64,000 nt of DNA from Candidatus Micrarchaeia archaeon (GTDB taxonomy: Archaea > Micrarchaeota > Micrarchaeia > Micrarchaeales > CABMGC01). Shown in pieces: positions 28,024-37,400 of this stretch. The stretch's first letter is position 1, and each line of letters opens with the position of its first letter. The position numbers and the translations under genes were made by a program. Under the pieces are notes generated by a model. That model saw nothing but the letters and a program-made list of their open reading frames with translations. It had not been told where the DNA came from and made no database searches. The stretch covers positions 3,589 through 67,588 of the forward strand of contig JBMFWW010000001.1 in assembly GCA_049964835.1 (NCBI GenBank), read 5' to 3'.

Positions 28024-29799
28024 CTAAAATAATGAGTTTTCTGGTTTGTTTTTCTTAGCCTTTCCTTTAATCTCTATAAGTTCATCAAGAAGATCTTTTT
28101 CATCATCACTAAGTAGTGATGAGAACTTATACTTTAAGTTGCGTACTTCATCATCATTTAAGAACACGTAAAGGGTATCATTCTCCTTTATTTGGCGGCC
28201 ATATGTTGCATTTTCTACTGATACCGCAACGCTGTCTCCAGCCTTCGTCTCCTCTATATTTATTCCGTTATTTTGTATTTCCTTTACTCTTCCAACTATA
28301 TCTCCAAAAGAGTTTATTAATTGCACCCCAGGTTTTACTCTTCCTCTTTTTATGTCCGCACCAAATATCGCAGGGTGAGAAACCCTAAAACAGTGATTAG
28401 GCAAAAGATACATGCTTCCTGGAAATGTTAATGCCTTTTCTAACAACTCCTTACTCATCTTCTTTTCCTTTTCAACCCATTCCTTGTACTCATCTATTAT
28501 TCTGTATATGACCTGGCCTTTAATTATATTAATGCCTGTAGCATAAGATTCTTGATCTGCCTCTTCTTCTACATTTACATTAAAGGCTAAAACAACTGCG
28601 TAGTTAGGTTCAGATGCACGCATTGAAAATGCATCCATAACATCTCTTTTAGTTACCTTTCCTATCTCTTTTTTGCTTATACTTACCTTCACACTAGATA
28701 ATAATTTAGATAAAGCCTCTATACCTCCTATTGAATCAGCTTTTAATATAATACCGTTTTTTTCTACCTTAAATACCTCTTGTATTTCCATCTTTATATC
28801 ATTTTCATAATCTTTTTTATCTGTAGAAATAATCAAAGAGCCTGGCAGTGCCTCTTCAAATCCGCTACCACTTATTTTTATTCCAGAAGCTGCGCTCACA
28901 CTTTCTATATTGTAAAATTTGCTTGAAGATTCGCGAAGCTCCTGCAAAGGTCTTGGTTTTAAGAGAGCCTTTATCTTAGAAGTTTTTATACCATTTTCAC
29001 TAGCAAAGGCAACAGTATCATTAACTTTTAGCGTTCCATTATAAAGTATTACATCTACAGTAGAACCCATACCTTTCTCTTCCTTTCTTTCAAGTATGCT
29101 TCCTATGCCTGGACCTTCAACCTCAATGTTTAGTCGCATTTCGAGGAAGCGTTGAGCAAGACCTGTAGTATACATAAGTAATTCAGCTATTCCCTCTCCA
29201 GTTTTAGCGCTTATAGGGACAATTATTAGTTCTTTCTTGAAGTCGTTGACTCTGTCGAATCGCTCTGCGTTGAAGCCTAGCTCGCTTAGCTTTCCCACCA
29301 TCTCGTAAATCTTGTTATCTAATTGTTCTTTTACTGAATTGTTTTGTTTATCTAGCGATTCGAGTATGCTGTCTGTGTTCTGGTTCCTCCAACTAGTTAT
29401 TAGGTCTACCTTATTAGCAGCAACTATGAATGGCGTTTTATATTCTTTAAGTATCTCTATAGCTTCTACAGTTTGCGGTTCAAAGCTTTTTGTTACATCT
29501 ACGACAAGTATAGCAAGATCAGCTACAGAGCCTCCTCTCTTTCTAAGATTAGTAAATGCTTCATGTCCCGGTGTATCTATGAAAAGAAGTCCAGGTATAG
29601 TTAAATTTATATTAAGCTTTTTAATTAGCTCTCCGGAGGTCTTTTTTATAATATCTATCGGAACCTCGCTAGCTCCTATGTGTTGTGTTATACCTCCCGC
29701 TTCCTTATTCGTAACTGTGGTATTCCTTATTCTGTCAAGAAGTGAGGTTTTACCATGGTCTACGTGACCCATTACAACTATTATCGGTTGCCTTATCAT
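28024..29799 (-). CDS. infB: Translation initiation factor aIF5B (IF-2)
   Basis: G-domain motifs GHVDHGKTSLLD, DTPGHEAF and NKVD. I prefer the ATG at 29799 (MIRQPIIVVMGH). No intein. Confidence 0.9.
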   Translation of the reverse strand: MIRQPIIVVMGHVDHGKTSLLDRIRNTTVTNKEAGGITQHIGASEVPIDIIKKTSGELIKKLNINLTIPGLLFIDTPGHEAFTNLRKRGGSVADLAILVVDVTKSFEPQTVEAIEILKEYKTPFIVAANKVDLITSWRNQNTDSILESLDKQNNSVKEQLDNKIYEMVGKLSELGFNAERFDRVNDFKKELIIVPISAKTGEGIAELLMYTTGLAQRFLEMRLNIEVEGPGIGSILERKEEKGMGSTVDVILYNGTLKVNDTVAFASENGIKTSKIKALLKPRPLQELRESSSKFYNIESVSAASGIKISGSGFEEALPGSLIISTDKKDYENDIKMEIQEVFKVEKNGIILKADSIGGIEALSKLLSSVKVSISKKEIGKVTKRDVMDAFSMRASEPNYAVVLAFNVNVEEEADQESYATGINIIKGQVIYRIIDEYKEWVEKEKKMSKELLEKALTFPGSMYLLPNHCFRVSHPAIFGADIKRGRVKPGVQLINSFGDIVGRVKEIQNNGINIEETKAGDSVAVSVENATYGRQIKENDTLYVFLNDDEVRNLKYKFSSLLSDDEKDLLDELIEIKGKAKKNKPENSLF

Positions 29800-29880
29800 A
29801 ACTAAACACCTAGAAAAATAGGCATACACTATTTATAATTTACCAAATAAAAATATAAATACTAATCATTAGGAGATAAA

Positions 29881-30441
29881 ATGGAAAAAGCACTTGTTTT
29901 AATAAAACCAGACGGAGTAGAAAGAGCTTTGATAGGAAAGGTAATATCAAGATTCGAAGAGGTAGGACTAAAGGTAATCGCATTGAAGATGCTTGTACCA
30001 ACTGAGATGCACGCTGGCACTCATTATGCTGAAGATGAGGAATGGTTAGTAAGCGTCGGCAAAAAAGCAAATCAATCTAATCTTGAAAAAGGAATGCCTG
30101 TTACAGAAAAGGACATAGATATAGGAAAGAGAATACGTTCACATCTTATAAAAGAGTTGACTAGAAGTCCAATAGTCGCTATTGTTTTAGAGGGTAATGC
30201 AGCAAATGATGTTTCAAGAAAGATTGCAGGTTCTACCGAACCTAGGAAGGCAGATCCATCAACTATCCGAGGTTCTTTATCAATTGATACATATGCCGCT
30301 GCAGATGCGGGCAAAAGACCGATAAGAAACATAGTTCATGTATCTGAGAATAAAGATGCGGCAGAACACGAAATAAAGATATGGTTTTCAGAGTCAGAGC
30401 TTATGCACTATAAGCGTTGTGATGAGTCAATAATATTTTGA
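29881..30441 (+). CDS. ndk: Nucleoside diphosphate kinase with an insertion of about 30 aa
   Basis: LVLIKPDGVERALIGKVISRFEEVGLKV, PSTIRGS, and the catalytic His in NIVHVSE. There is extra sequence after HYAEDEEW. AGGAG sits 7 nt upstream of the ATG. Confidence 0.8.
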   Translation: MEKALVLIKPDGVERALIGKVISRFEEVGLKVIALKMLVPTEMHAGTHYAEDEEWLVSVGKKANQSNLEKGMPVTEKDIDIGKRIRSHLIKELTRSPIVAIVLEGNAANDVSRKIAGSTEPRKADPSTIRGSLSIDTYAAADAGKRPIRNIVHVSENKDAAEHEIKIWFSESELMHYKRCDESIIF

Positions 30442-30546
30442 GTCTATAAATTTTAAAATATTTTAAAAAACTTCACAAAAAATCAGAAAAAAGAACAATT
30501 AGAGAAAGATAATAAAACCTTAAAAATTTATTACTTCAGTAATTGT

Positions 30547-30843
30547 TTACTGTAGACCTAATCTTGCCTCTTCAGTTATCATTTCAGGACTCCATGCAGG
30601 ATCCCAAACGAGATCTATATCTACCTTTCCAACACCATTTATTGCTTCTGCCCTAAGTTGTACATCTGCAAGTATTATGCTGGTCACTGGGCACATAGGA
30701 CTAGTCATAGTTATTTTTATATAAATATCATTTTGTTGTGATATGCTTATTCCGTAAATTAAGCCTAAATCAACTATATTTAATCCTATTTCAGGGTCTA
30801 CCGTCTTTTTTAAAGATGTTATAACATCATTTATATTTACCAT
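30547..30843 (-). CDS. DUF59/MIP18 (SufT-like) Fe-S assembly protein
   Basis: VDPEIGLNIVDLGLIY and TMTSPMCP motifs. I prefer the ATG at 30843. Confidence 0.75.
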   Translation of the reverse strand: MVNINDVITSLKKTVDPEIGLNIVDLGLIYGISISQQNDIYIKITMTSPMCPVTSIILADVQLRAEAINGVGKVDIDLVWDPAWSPEMITEEARLGLQ

Positions 30844-30955
30844 ATTTTCCCTTATTATTATATTATACTTTGACTTTTTAAATATAAATATTTTTACCTG
30901 TAACAACATATTACACTGCTGTGTTAATTTGCTTAAAAAATAAAAAAATAATTAT

Positions 30956-33763
30956 TTAATTAGTAGAATTTATTTCTTTTACATTTTGGCTATCATTGTT
31001 GAATATATTATTATTCAAAGAAGTGTAACTGTCATTATTTTCATATATCCCTATCAAAGAGTTGTATATATTATTATTTTGAATACTGCCATCATTTATA
31101 TTCTTAATGTAAATTCCATTTGACGTGTCAATTATATTATCATTTGATATAGTCGGGTATGAAGTACCGCTTATGTAGACACCGGTTTTTGCATTTAGTA
31201 TTGTTGTATTTATCAATTTAAAATGTGCACCATTATCTACTATTGCAGTTGTAAAGTTTACAAGATAACAATTTGAAATTGTAACTCCTGATGTACTGAT
31301 ATTTGCAAAAACTCCTCCATTTGGTGCATAAATTGTATGTCCATTACAATTTATCTCAGAGTTACTTGTAGATTTATTATCTAAATTATTTATAACATAA
31401 CATGTGTTGCCATAAGTATATACGGCATCACTAAACATATTCACTATTCCTGAATTCAAAAAGTTTATGCACTCTAAGTTTGATGCTGGATTCAAAGAAA
31501 CAAGCCATGGGCATCCATACTTATTAATTCCTGTATTAATTCCTATATTATTTGATCTACTTCCACTTCCAATTCCACAATAGTAATCATAAATCTTGTT
31601 GTTTTCGGCCACATTTTTATTTACTATATTGTTAGTAAAGTTAGAAAAGTAAAATCCGTAAAAGTTGTTGTTGTTACCTGTATTCTCTATAACTTTGCCA
31701 TCTGTTAAATTTTTAAATACAAATCCTGTTGCATTGAAGATTCCGTTATTTGCATTATTCTCATAAACTGTCACATTTGTACCATTATAAATTCCTATAC
31801 CAACATTCGAAAATGATGATACGGTACTTCCAGCAATGCTGCTGCTCTTAACGTTATTTAAAATAATTCCATACTTTCCAGCTATTGCCATATCCGTAAT
31901 GTTAATTCTAGACGCATTATTTACATAAACTCCATATTGATAATTTTGAAGGTTACAATTATCTACACTTACATTACTCTTCCTATAATCTAAAATTCCA
32001 TATCCATTATTGCTTCCGATAATAACCTTATTATTGCAATTAAATCGGACATTCGTTGAGTTTATTATTATACAATCTCTTAATGAGCTGACATTCATGG
32101 TTAGTTCATAATTTCCAGGAATACTTATTGTATCACATGAAAATACAGGTATGGTAGAAAGAGGCGGAGGAACAGTTTTGCTGCAGACTGCCGAAGCAAA
32201 TTGACAATCAGTGACACCACAACTTGTGTTGTATATGTACGCATCATTTGTAGAGTTGTAAGTATTTGCTGGGCAGTAAAGATCCTCATTAAAATTATTT
32301 ATAGTTTTAAGATTCTCATAATAATTGGATTGGCCCCCATCTATTACTTCACCATTTAGGTTTTGATAAGTGTATATATTCTTAAACGTAAATCCTGTGC
32401 TTGCATTTTGATATACTCCTATATTATCATTATTTTCAGTCGAATTACTTACCGTTCCTACTGTAGAATTTACTACATAAATTCCAAATAATGATTTAGT
32501 TGAATTAATATTATTCAAATATGTGTTTATAGAACTGTTGACTAGCAAACCATAAGTATCATTTAATAAATTACAGTTTTCTACTGTTGTATTGTACTGT
32601 TTAGTTACTAATATGCCATAATATGAGTTATAAATGCTTTTACCATTGCAGTTCAATTTTACATTCGGTGCATTTATAGTTATGCAAGGGAAGGTTGAGC
32701 TTTCTGCAAAATAATTTCCTATGTTTATATTAGAGTTTAATGTATAAACTCCGTACTGGTCTATAGAACCACAGCCGTTGATATTGTTTGATAATTTTAC
32801 ATTTTGTACACTATAATAATTATTAGATGAACAGATTGCAAAGTTGCAGTATGTATTACTATTACACCTAGTTTTAGAGAAGTTATTCGTATTTCTTAAG
32901 TATGCTTTACTTCCACAAATAAAATCTTCCGGATTTTGTATAAATACATCATTACCAAAATCATTACCAGTACTATTAATATACGCGGCATAATATGCGT
33001 TGTTTACAAAAGATGTATTCAAGAACTTATTTCCATGTCCATTTGATATATTTAATCCAGCTAATCTGCTTTGTGATCCGTATATACTACTATTTTCAAT
33101 AACCCCACCATTTGAGTTATTCATAAATAAGTCGGTCAAAGTTGAGTTTGATATTTTAATGTTTATTAATTTTACATTATTTGTATTTTGTAAATATACC
33201 GAAAATGAAAATCTTGATATATTCAAATTATCTATTGTAACATTTGAAACGTTTGATACAAAGATCCCATAAGTATAAGGTTTAACATCAATGTAAGGCC
33301 CACTTCCTTGTATTATATACTTCCCACCATTTATTTTTACATCACTTGAAAGTATTTGTATACAATAGCCTGATTTTAAGGTGGTTGTTATGTTATTAGT
33401 TAAGGTATAAATTCCAGGTTGATTTATAACTTCACAAGAACTAAGGCTTTGTGTTTGTGTAACTTGTTGAACTGTAGAAGTAGAATTTGTTTTTTGCACA
33501 ATAACGCTTGTTGTGCTTGTACTAATTAAATTTTTGTTTATTACCAAAAAGTAGCTAAACGCAACAACCAATACAACAACCACAACAACTACTCCAAGAA
33601 TTATTTTTTTATTGCCTCCTCGAACAGAAGAAGCACCTTTATTTACTTCATCGTTATTCTGATTAACTGCCGAATTATTATTATTATTATTTACGTTGTT
33701 ACTCTCTTGAGTAGTACTTCTCTGATCCATATCATTATTTTGTATTCCATTTCCATTAGCCAT
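30956..33763 (-). CDS. Membrane-anchored surface protein with four parallel beta-helix (PbH1/NosD-like) modules
   Basis: Asn-rich N-terminus, a single TM helix (IILGVVVVVVVLVVAFSYFLVI), then four modules. Each module opens with C-x2-I-x2-[PY]G-x-Y-x-L and a C-x-I-x4-V-x-[IL/F]-N-[CG] block, followed by short GI/N-rich beta-helix turns. There are many N-x-S/T sequons. Confidence 0.6.
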   Translation of the reverse strand: MANGNGIQNNDMDQRSTTQESNNVNNNNNNSAVNQNNDEVNKGASSVRGGNKKIILGVVVVVVVLVVAFSYFLVINKNLISTSTTSVIVQKTNSTSTVQQVTQTQSLSSCEVINQPGIYTLTNNITTTLKSGYCIQILSSDVKINGGKYIIQGSGPYIDVKPYTYGIFVSNVSNVTIDNLNISRFSFSVYLQNTNNVKLINIKISNSTLTDLFMNNSNGGVIENSSIYGSQSRLAGLNISNGHGNKFLNTSFVNNAYYAAYINSTGNDFGNDVFIQNPEDFICGSKAYLRNTNNFSKTRCNSNTYCNFAICSSNNYYSVQNVKLSNNINGCGSIDQYGVYTLNSNINIGNYFAESSTFPCITINAPNVKLNCNGKSIYNSYYGILVTKQYNTTVENCNLLNDTYGLLVNSSINTYLNNINSTKSLFGIYVVNSTVGTVSNSTENNDNIGVYQNASTGFTFKNIYTYQNLNGEVIDGGQSNYYENLKTINNFNEDLYCPANTYNSTNDAYIYNTSCGVTDCQFASAVCSKTVPPPLSTIPVFSCDTISIPGNYELTMNVSSLRDCIIINSTNVRFNCNNKVIIGSNNGYGILDYRKSNVSVDNCNLQNYQYGVYVNNASRINITDMAIAGKYGIILNNVKSSSIAGSTVSSFSNVGIGIYNGTNVTVYENNANNGIFNATGFVFKNLTDGKVIENTGNNNNFYGFYFSNFTNNIVNKNVAENNKIYDYYCGIGSGSRSNNIGINTGINKYGCPWLVSLNPASNLECINFLNSGIVNMFSDAVYTYGNTCYVINNLDNKSTSNSEINCNGHTIYAPNGGVFANISTSGVTISNCYLVNFTTAIVDNGAHFKLINTTILNAKTGVYISGTSYPTISNDNIIDTSNGIYIKNINDGSIQNNNIYNSLIGIYENNDSYTSLNNNIFNNDSQNVKEINSTN

Positions 33764-33844
33764 AATAACTCCTATATCTCTAAAGTTTCATTAAAGATTA
33801 TATATTATTATTGTTATATGTTAAATATCTTTATATAAATTTGT

Positions 33845-33957
33845 GCTCCGGTAGCTCAGTAGTAGAGCGCTTGTCTCGTAAAAACTTTTAAGAAAAGTTT
33901 TATCAAAACAGTTATCGAGCAAACAAGAGGTCGAGGGTGCGACTCCCTCCCGGGGCT
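33845..33957 (+). tRNA. tRNA-Thr(CGU) with 41-nt intron (33881-33921); atypical D-loop and T-loop
   Basis: Acceptor GCTCCGG/CCGGGGC plus T. Anticodon stem CTTGT/ACAAG, loop CT-CGT-A|intron|A. BHB central helix CTCG/CGAG is perfect. The D-loop AGTAGTA lacks GG and the T-loop TGCGACT has G at position 55. Confidence 0.7.
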
Positions 33958-34003
33958 AGACTTCGATAGTGAGGTAATCTAATTAGTATTTTGGATGTTT
34001 TTT

Positions 34004-34219
34004 GAAATTGATTAGGTGACGAAAAGTAAATTTCAAGTTCCTAATTTTTTGGCACTGTTCCTAAATACGGTTGATAATAAGTAGATGCCTTTCATAGTAG
34101 TTTTGTCGACTAAATGATGAAAGACATCTGTGTATACCGTAAATCAGAGAATATAGTAAAGTTTGGGAAATGTAAGACAAAAGACAGAGGATTTATTAAA
34201 AGATATAAATACAAAAGAT
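34004..34219 (+). repeat. Composite scar of the IS element found at 58550-59390 (right-end-like block, 9-nt spacer, left-end-like block, 104-nt insertion, 46-nt identical block)
   Basis: 34004-34050 is about 74% identical to 59351-59397. 34051-34069 matches 58550-58568 with 3 mismatches. 34174-34219 is 46/46 identical to 58569-58614. All comparisons were made by eye. Confidence 0.6.
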
Positions 34220-34436
34220 ATCCATAAACATCATTCTGGTAATAATCCAGGTAATATCCATGTTTATAATCCTAATCCTTCACAAAATGCTATAGTAAAT
34301 AGCATAACAACAGTATCTACTGGCTATGCCATTACAGGAATGTTTAATACTTGATGTGATTTTTGTTACTTTCATGTTTTTAACTATTTTAAAGTTATTC
34401 AATAATTATTAAAACTTTTACTACCTAAGTATTCCT

Positions 34437-37400
34437 ATGAAAAAATCATTTTTAATAGCTTCGTTAATTGTATTTTTATTACTAAATGTAGGTTCACATG
34501 TTTTAGTTAAAAACATTACACTTTCATTTTCATCAGCTTCAAATTCAACAAATATTGTGCTATTAAATAAAACAACATCAAGTTATTCAAATACAACAAC
34601 TTCAAATGCATTAAATACAAATAAAAATAATAAAAATCTAGAAAACACAAATTTTTTAATAAAACTTAACTCTTCTGTAAATAGTATTATAACTATTAAT
34701 GGATCATCCTACTTAAGCAATAATATAATAAGAATTGCTTCTGGGAACTATGTCATTAATTCAACAGTTCCAAACAATTTTTCTTTTTCTTATTGGAATT
34801 ATTCAAGTAATATAACAATAACAAATCCATACTCAAAAAATACCCGGATTTCAATTTTAGGAAACGCTATCATAACTGCAAATTTTAACTATGCTGTTGT
34901 ATTTACTCAAAATGGTTTGCCAGTTTCAGATCAAAACTGGAGTATAAGTTATAATAATATCAATGAAAATTCAAATACAAACGGTATAATAAAGATTTCA
35001 TTAAGCTTAGGCAATTACATTTTTAAAATTTTAAATACTACTATAAATAACACAACTTATACCCCCTCTTCTAATCTTATTTATTTGAACTATACTAATA
35101 TGAATAAACTACTATCAACTCCTATAACTATAAATTTTACTAAAAATTATCAAAACAATACAATAAATTCAATTTTGGCAAACAAAACAAATCAAAAACT
35201 GATTAATCAAACAATTAACAATACATTAAGTAAAAAAATGATTAATACAAACATCAACAATCAAATATCTGTAAATAACAGTGTATCAAATATTGTTTCT
35301 AACTCTTCTAGTGTATTATTTAAAAATTTAAATATGCAGATAGCGTTACTTAAGCAAAAGCTGCCAAATAACTCTATTTTTATATATAATAGTAGCAATA
35401 GTGGCTTTAATTCTACTGAAAATTTGAATATATTAAATTATTCTAATTCAAGACTACTTAGTTATAATCAACTTAGTAATTTATCATCTTTAAATCAAAG
35501 TCAGTTTAATTTCCTAAAGAATAATATAAACAATATTGAATCATATGGTCATAAAATCAAAAGTTTTTATGAAAATCTTTCTATTCCATACGGATATATA
35601 TCCCAAAAAGGTATTTACTCGAAGGCCGGAGAGGATTTGCATTTTGCTTCTTATGACACACAAGGCACTATCTTCTATTATAACATATCTGTTCAGAAGG
35701 CAATACCTAAAATTATGATGAGCGTAAATGGTGCTACAGAAAAGCAGCCTAACACAACCTCAAAAATTTATATTCCTTTAATCAATGGAGAAAAAAGTTC
35801 TAAAATTTCTATTTCACTTAATGGCTCAATGGCAAGAGGCAATAGTGGATTGTATAGCTATGAAATACGATTTAGTAATGGTACAGTAATACAAAATACT
35901 GTTAATACAACATCATTAAACTATCAAAATACATTTAATTTGTCCTTAAATCAGAATGCATCAATAACATTTGACACTTCTGGAAATGAAAATTACTCTT
36001 CAGTAGATCCTACTCTTATAGTGATACCATCATCTATCCTAGAATATGTTCCGATAACTTTGACTAACACTCAAACAACACCGACTCCTACCCAGTTTCA
36101 AGATATGGTTACTGTAAATAGCTTAAGTTATAAATCATATGAAAGTGGAAATCTAGATAATATAGAATTTTTCTATTTCAACGGCACAGTAATACCTAGC
36201 TGGATTGAAGGAAGTGCGAGTAATACATTATTGAATAGTAATACAAATTCAAATTACTTATCTACCTCAACAAATACAATATACTGGTTAAAATTAGCAA
36301 ACAGTATTTCAGCAGGTAACACAGTTATTGTGTATATGGGTTTTTCAGCAAATACTGTTGATTTATTTAATACTGTAAATACTGGAGAAGCTCCAGAATT
36401 ATCTCCAACCTATGCCGAGTATGATGATGGTCCAAGTGTTTTCAATTATTATAATGTCAATCCAAAATCAACATCCGGTTGGACTATAGCTGGAATTGCA
36501 GGACAAAAAAATACAGCTCCAGTGGAAAGCCAATATAACACTACAAATGCGTTATATGCTAATTCTGCAAATGGAGATTATATGTATACTCCTATTTCTG
36601 GTTTTACTGAAAATTCAATACTCACATTCGATGTTTATACTACTGGTTTAGGAGATTTCTTCTTTTTAACAAACTCTGCTGGATTAGGGCAGATGGGAAG
36701 ACTTGATGGAAGAGGAGGTGCCGATTATTCTGGTCTTGCTACTACCTCTACCTGGAAAAGTTGGGCAGCTCCAAGTTCTGGACTTGATGAAGGCAGAAAT
36801 GTCTGGTATAAATTTGATATTGTAATTAATGGAAACAAAGCAAATGATTATATCGGAAGTGAGTCAGATGGGCTTTCTACTTTAGGGACATTGGCAAATT
36901 CAGATTTTTCAGTTACAAATAATGGAGATTATATTGGTTTGGTTGGAGATGGCTTAGGCTCTTCTTATATAACTTACTGGAATGGCATGATAATTCGGGC
37001 ATATCCTCCAAACGGTGTTATGCCATCAGAGCAGTTCGGATCGATTGAATCTTCAAATAGTCCTGTATTACTTCTTCAAAGCAATTTTATACCTTATGGC
37101 ACTCAAGACACTATAAACGGAACAATTAATACACCAAATGATCAGTTAGAGTTGTTCATAAACAATACACTAGTTAGTGGTCCATCTCCAAACTCTCTAA
37201 GTTACATAGTATGTGGTTCACAACCATACATAACTAGCTGCGAATCAGCAGGAAACCATAAGGTTATTCTTGAAGATATAACTTCAGGATCTAGCGCTAA
37301 TATAATTTTAAACATAACTCAATCTACTCCAACACTTAACATATCAGAATCATCTGCATTTATAAACACAGGAACCTCCACAAATATTCCATACTCTATC

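Noticed and set aside
29312-29767. 151-aa ORF antisense to aIF5B
   Set aside because: It lies within the conserved G-domain coding region of infB on the other strand. It has no independent support.
34114-34120. ATGATGA (box C-like) inside the 104-nt insert
   Set aside because: There is no CTGA D box at a compatible distance and no terminal stem. The heptamer is part of the right arm region of the inverted repeat.
34163-34354. 63-aa ORF (TTG start) in the spacer after tRNA-Thr
   Set aside because: Its first third is the 46-nt block shared with the IS 5' region. It is most simply a by-product of the IS scar, with no start context or motif.
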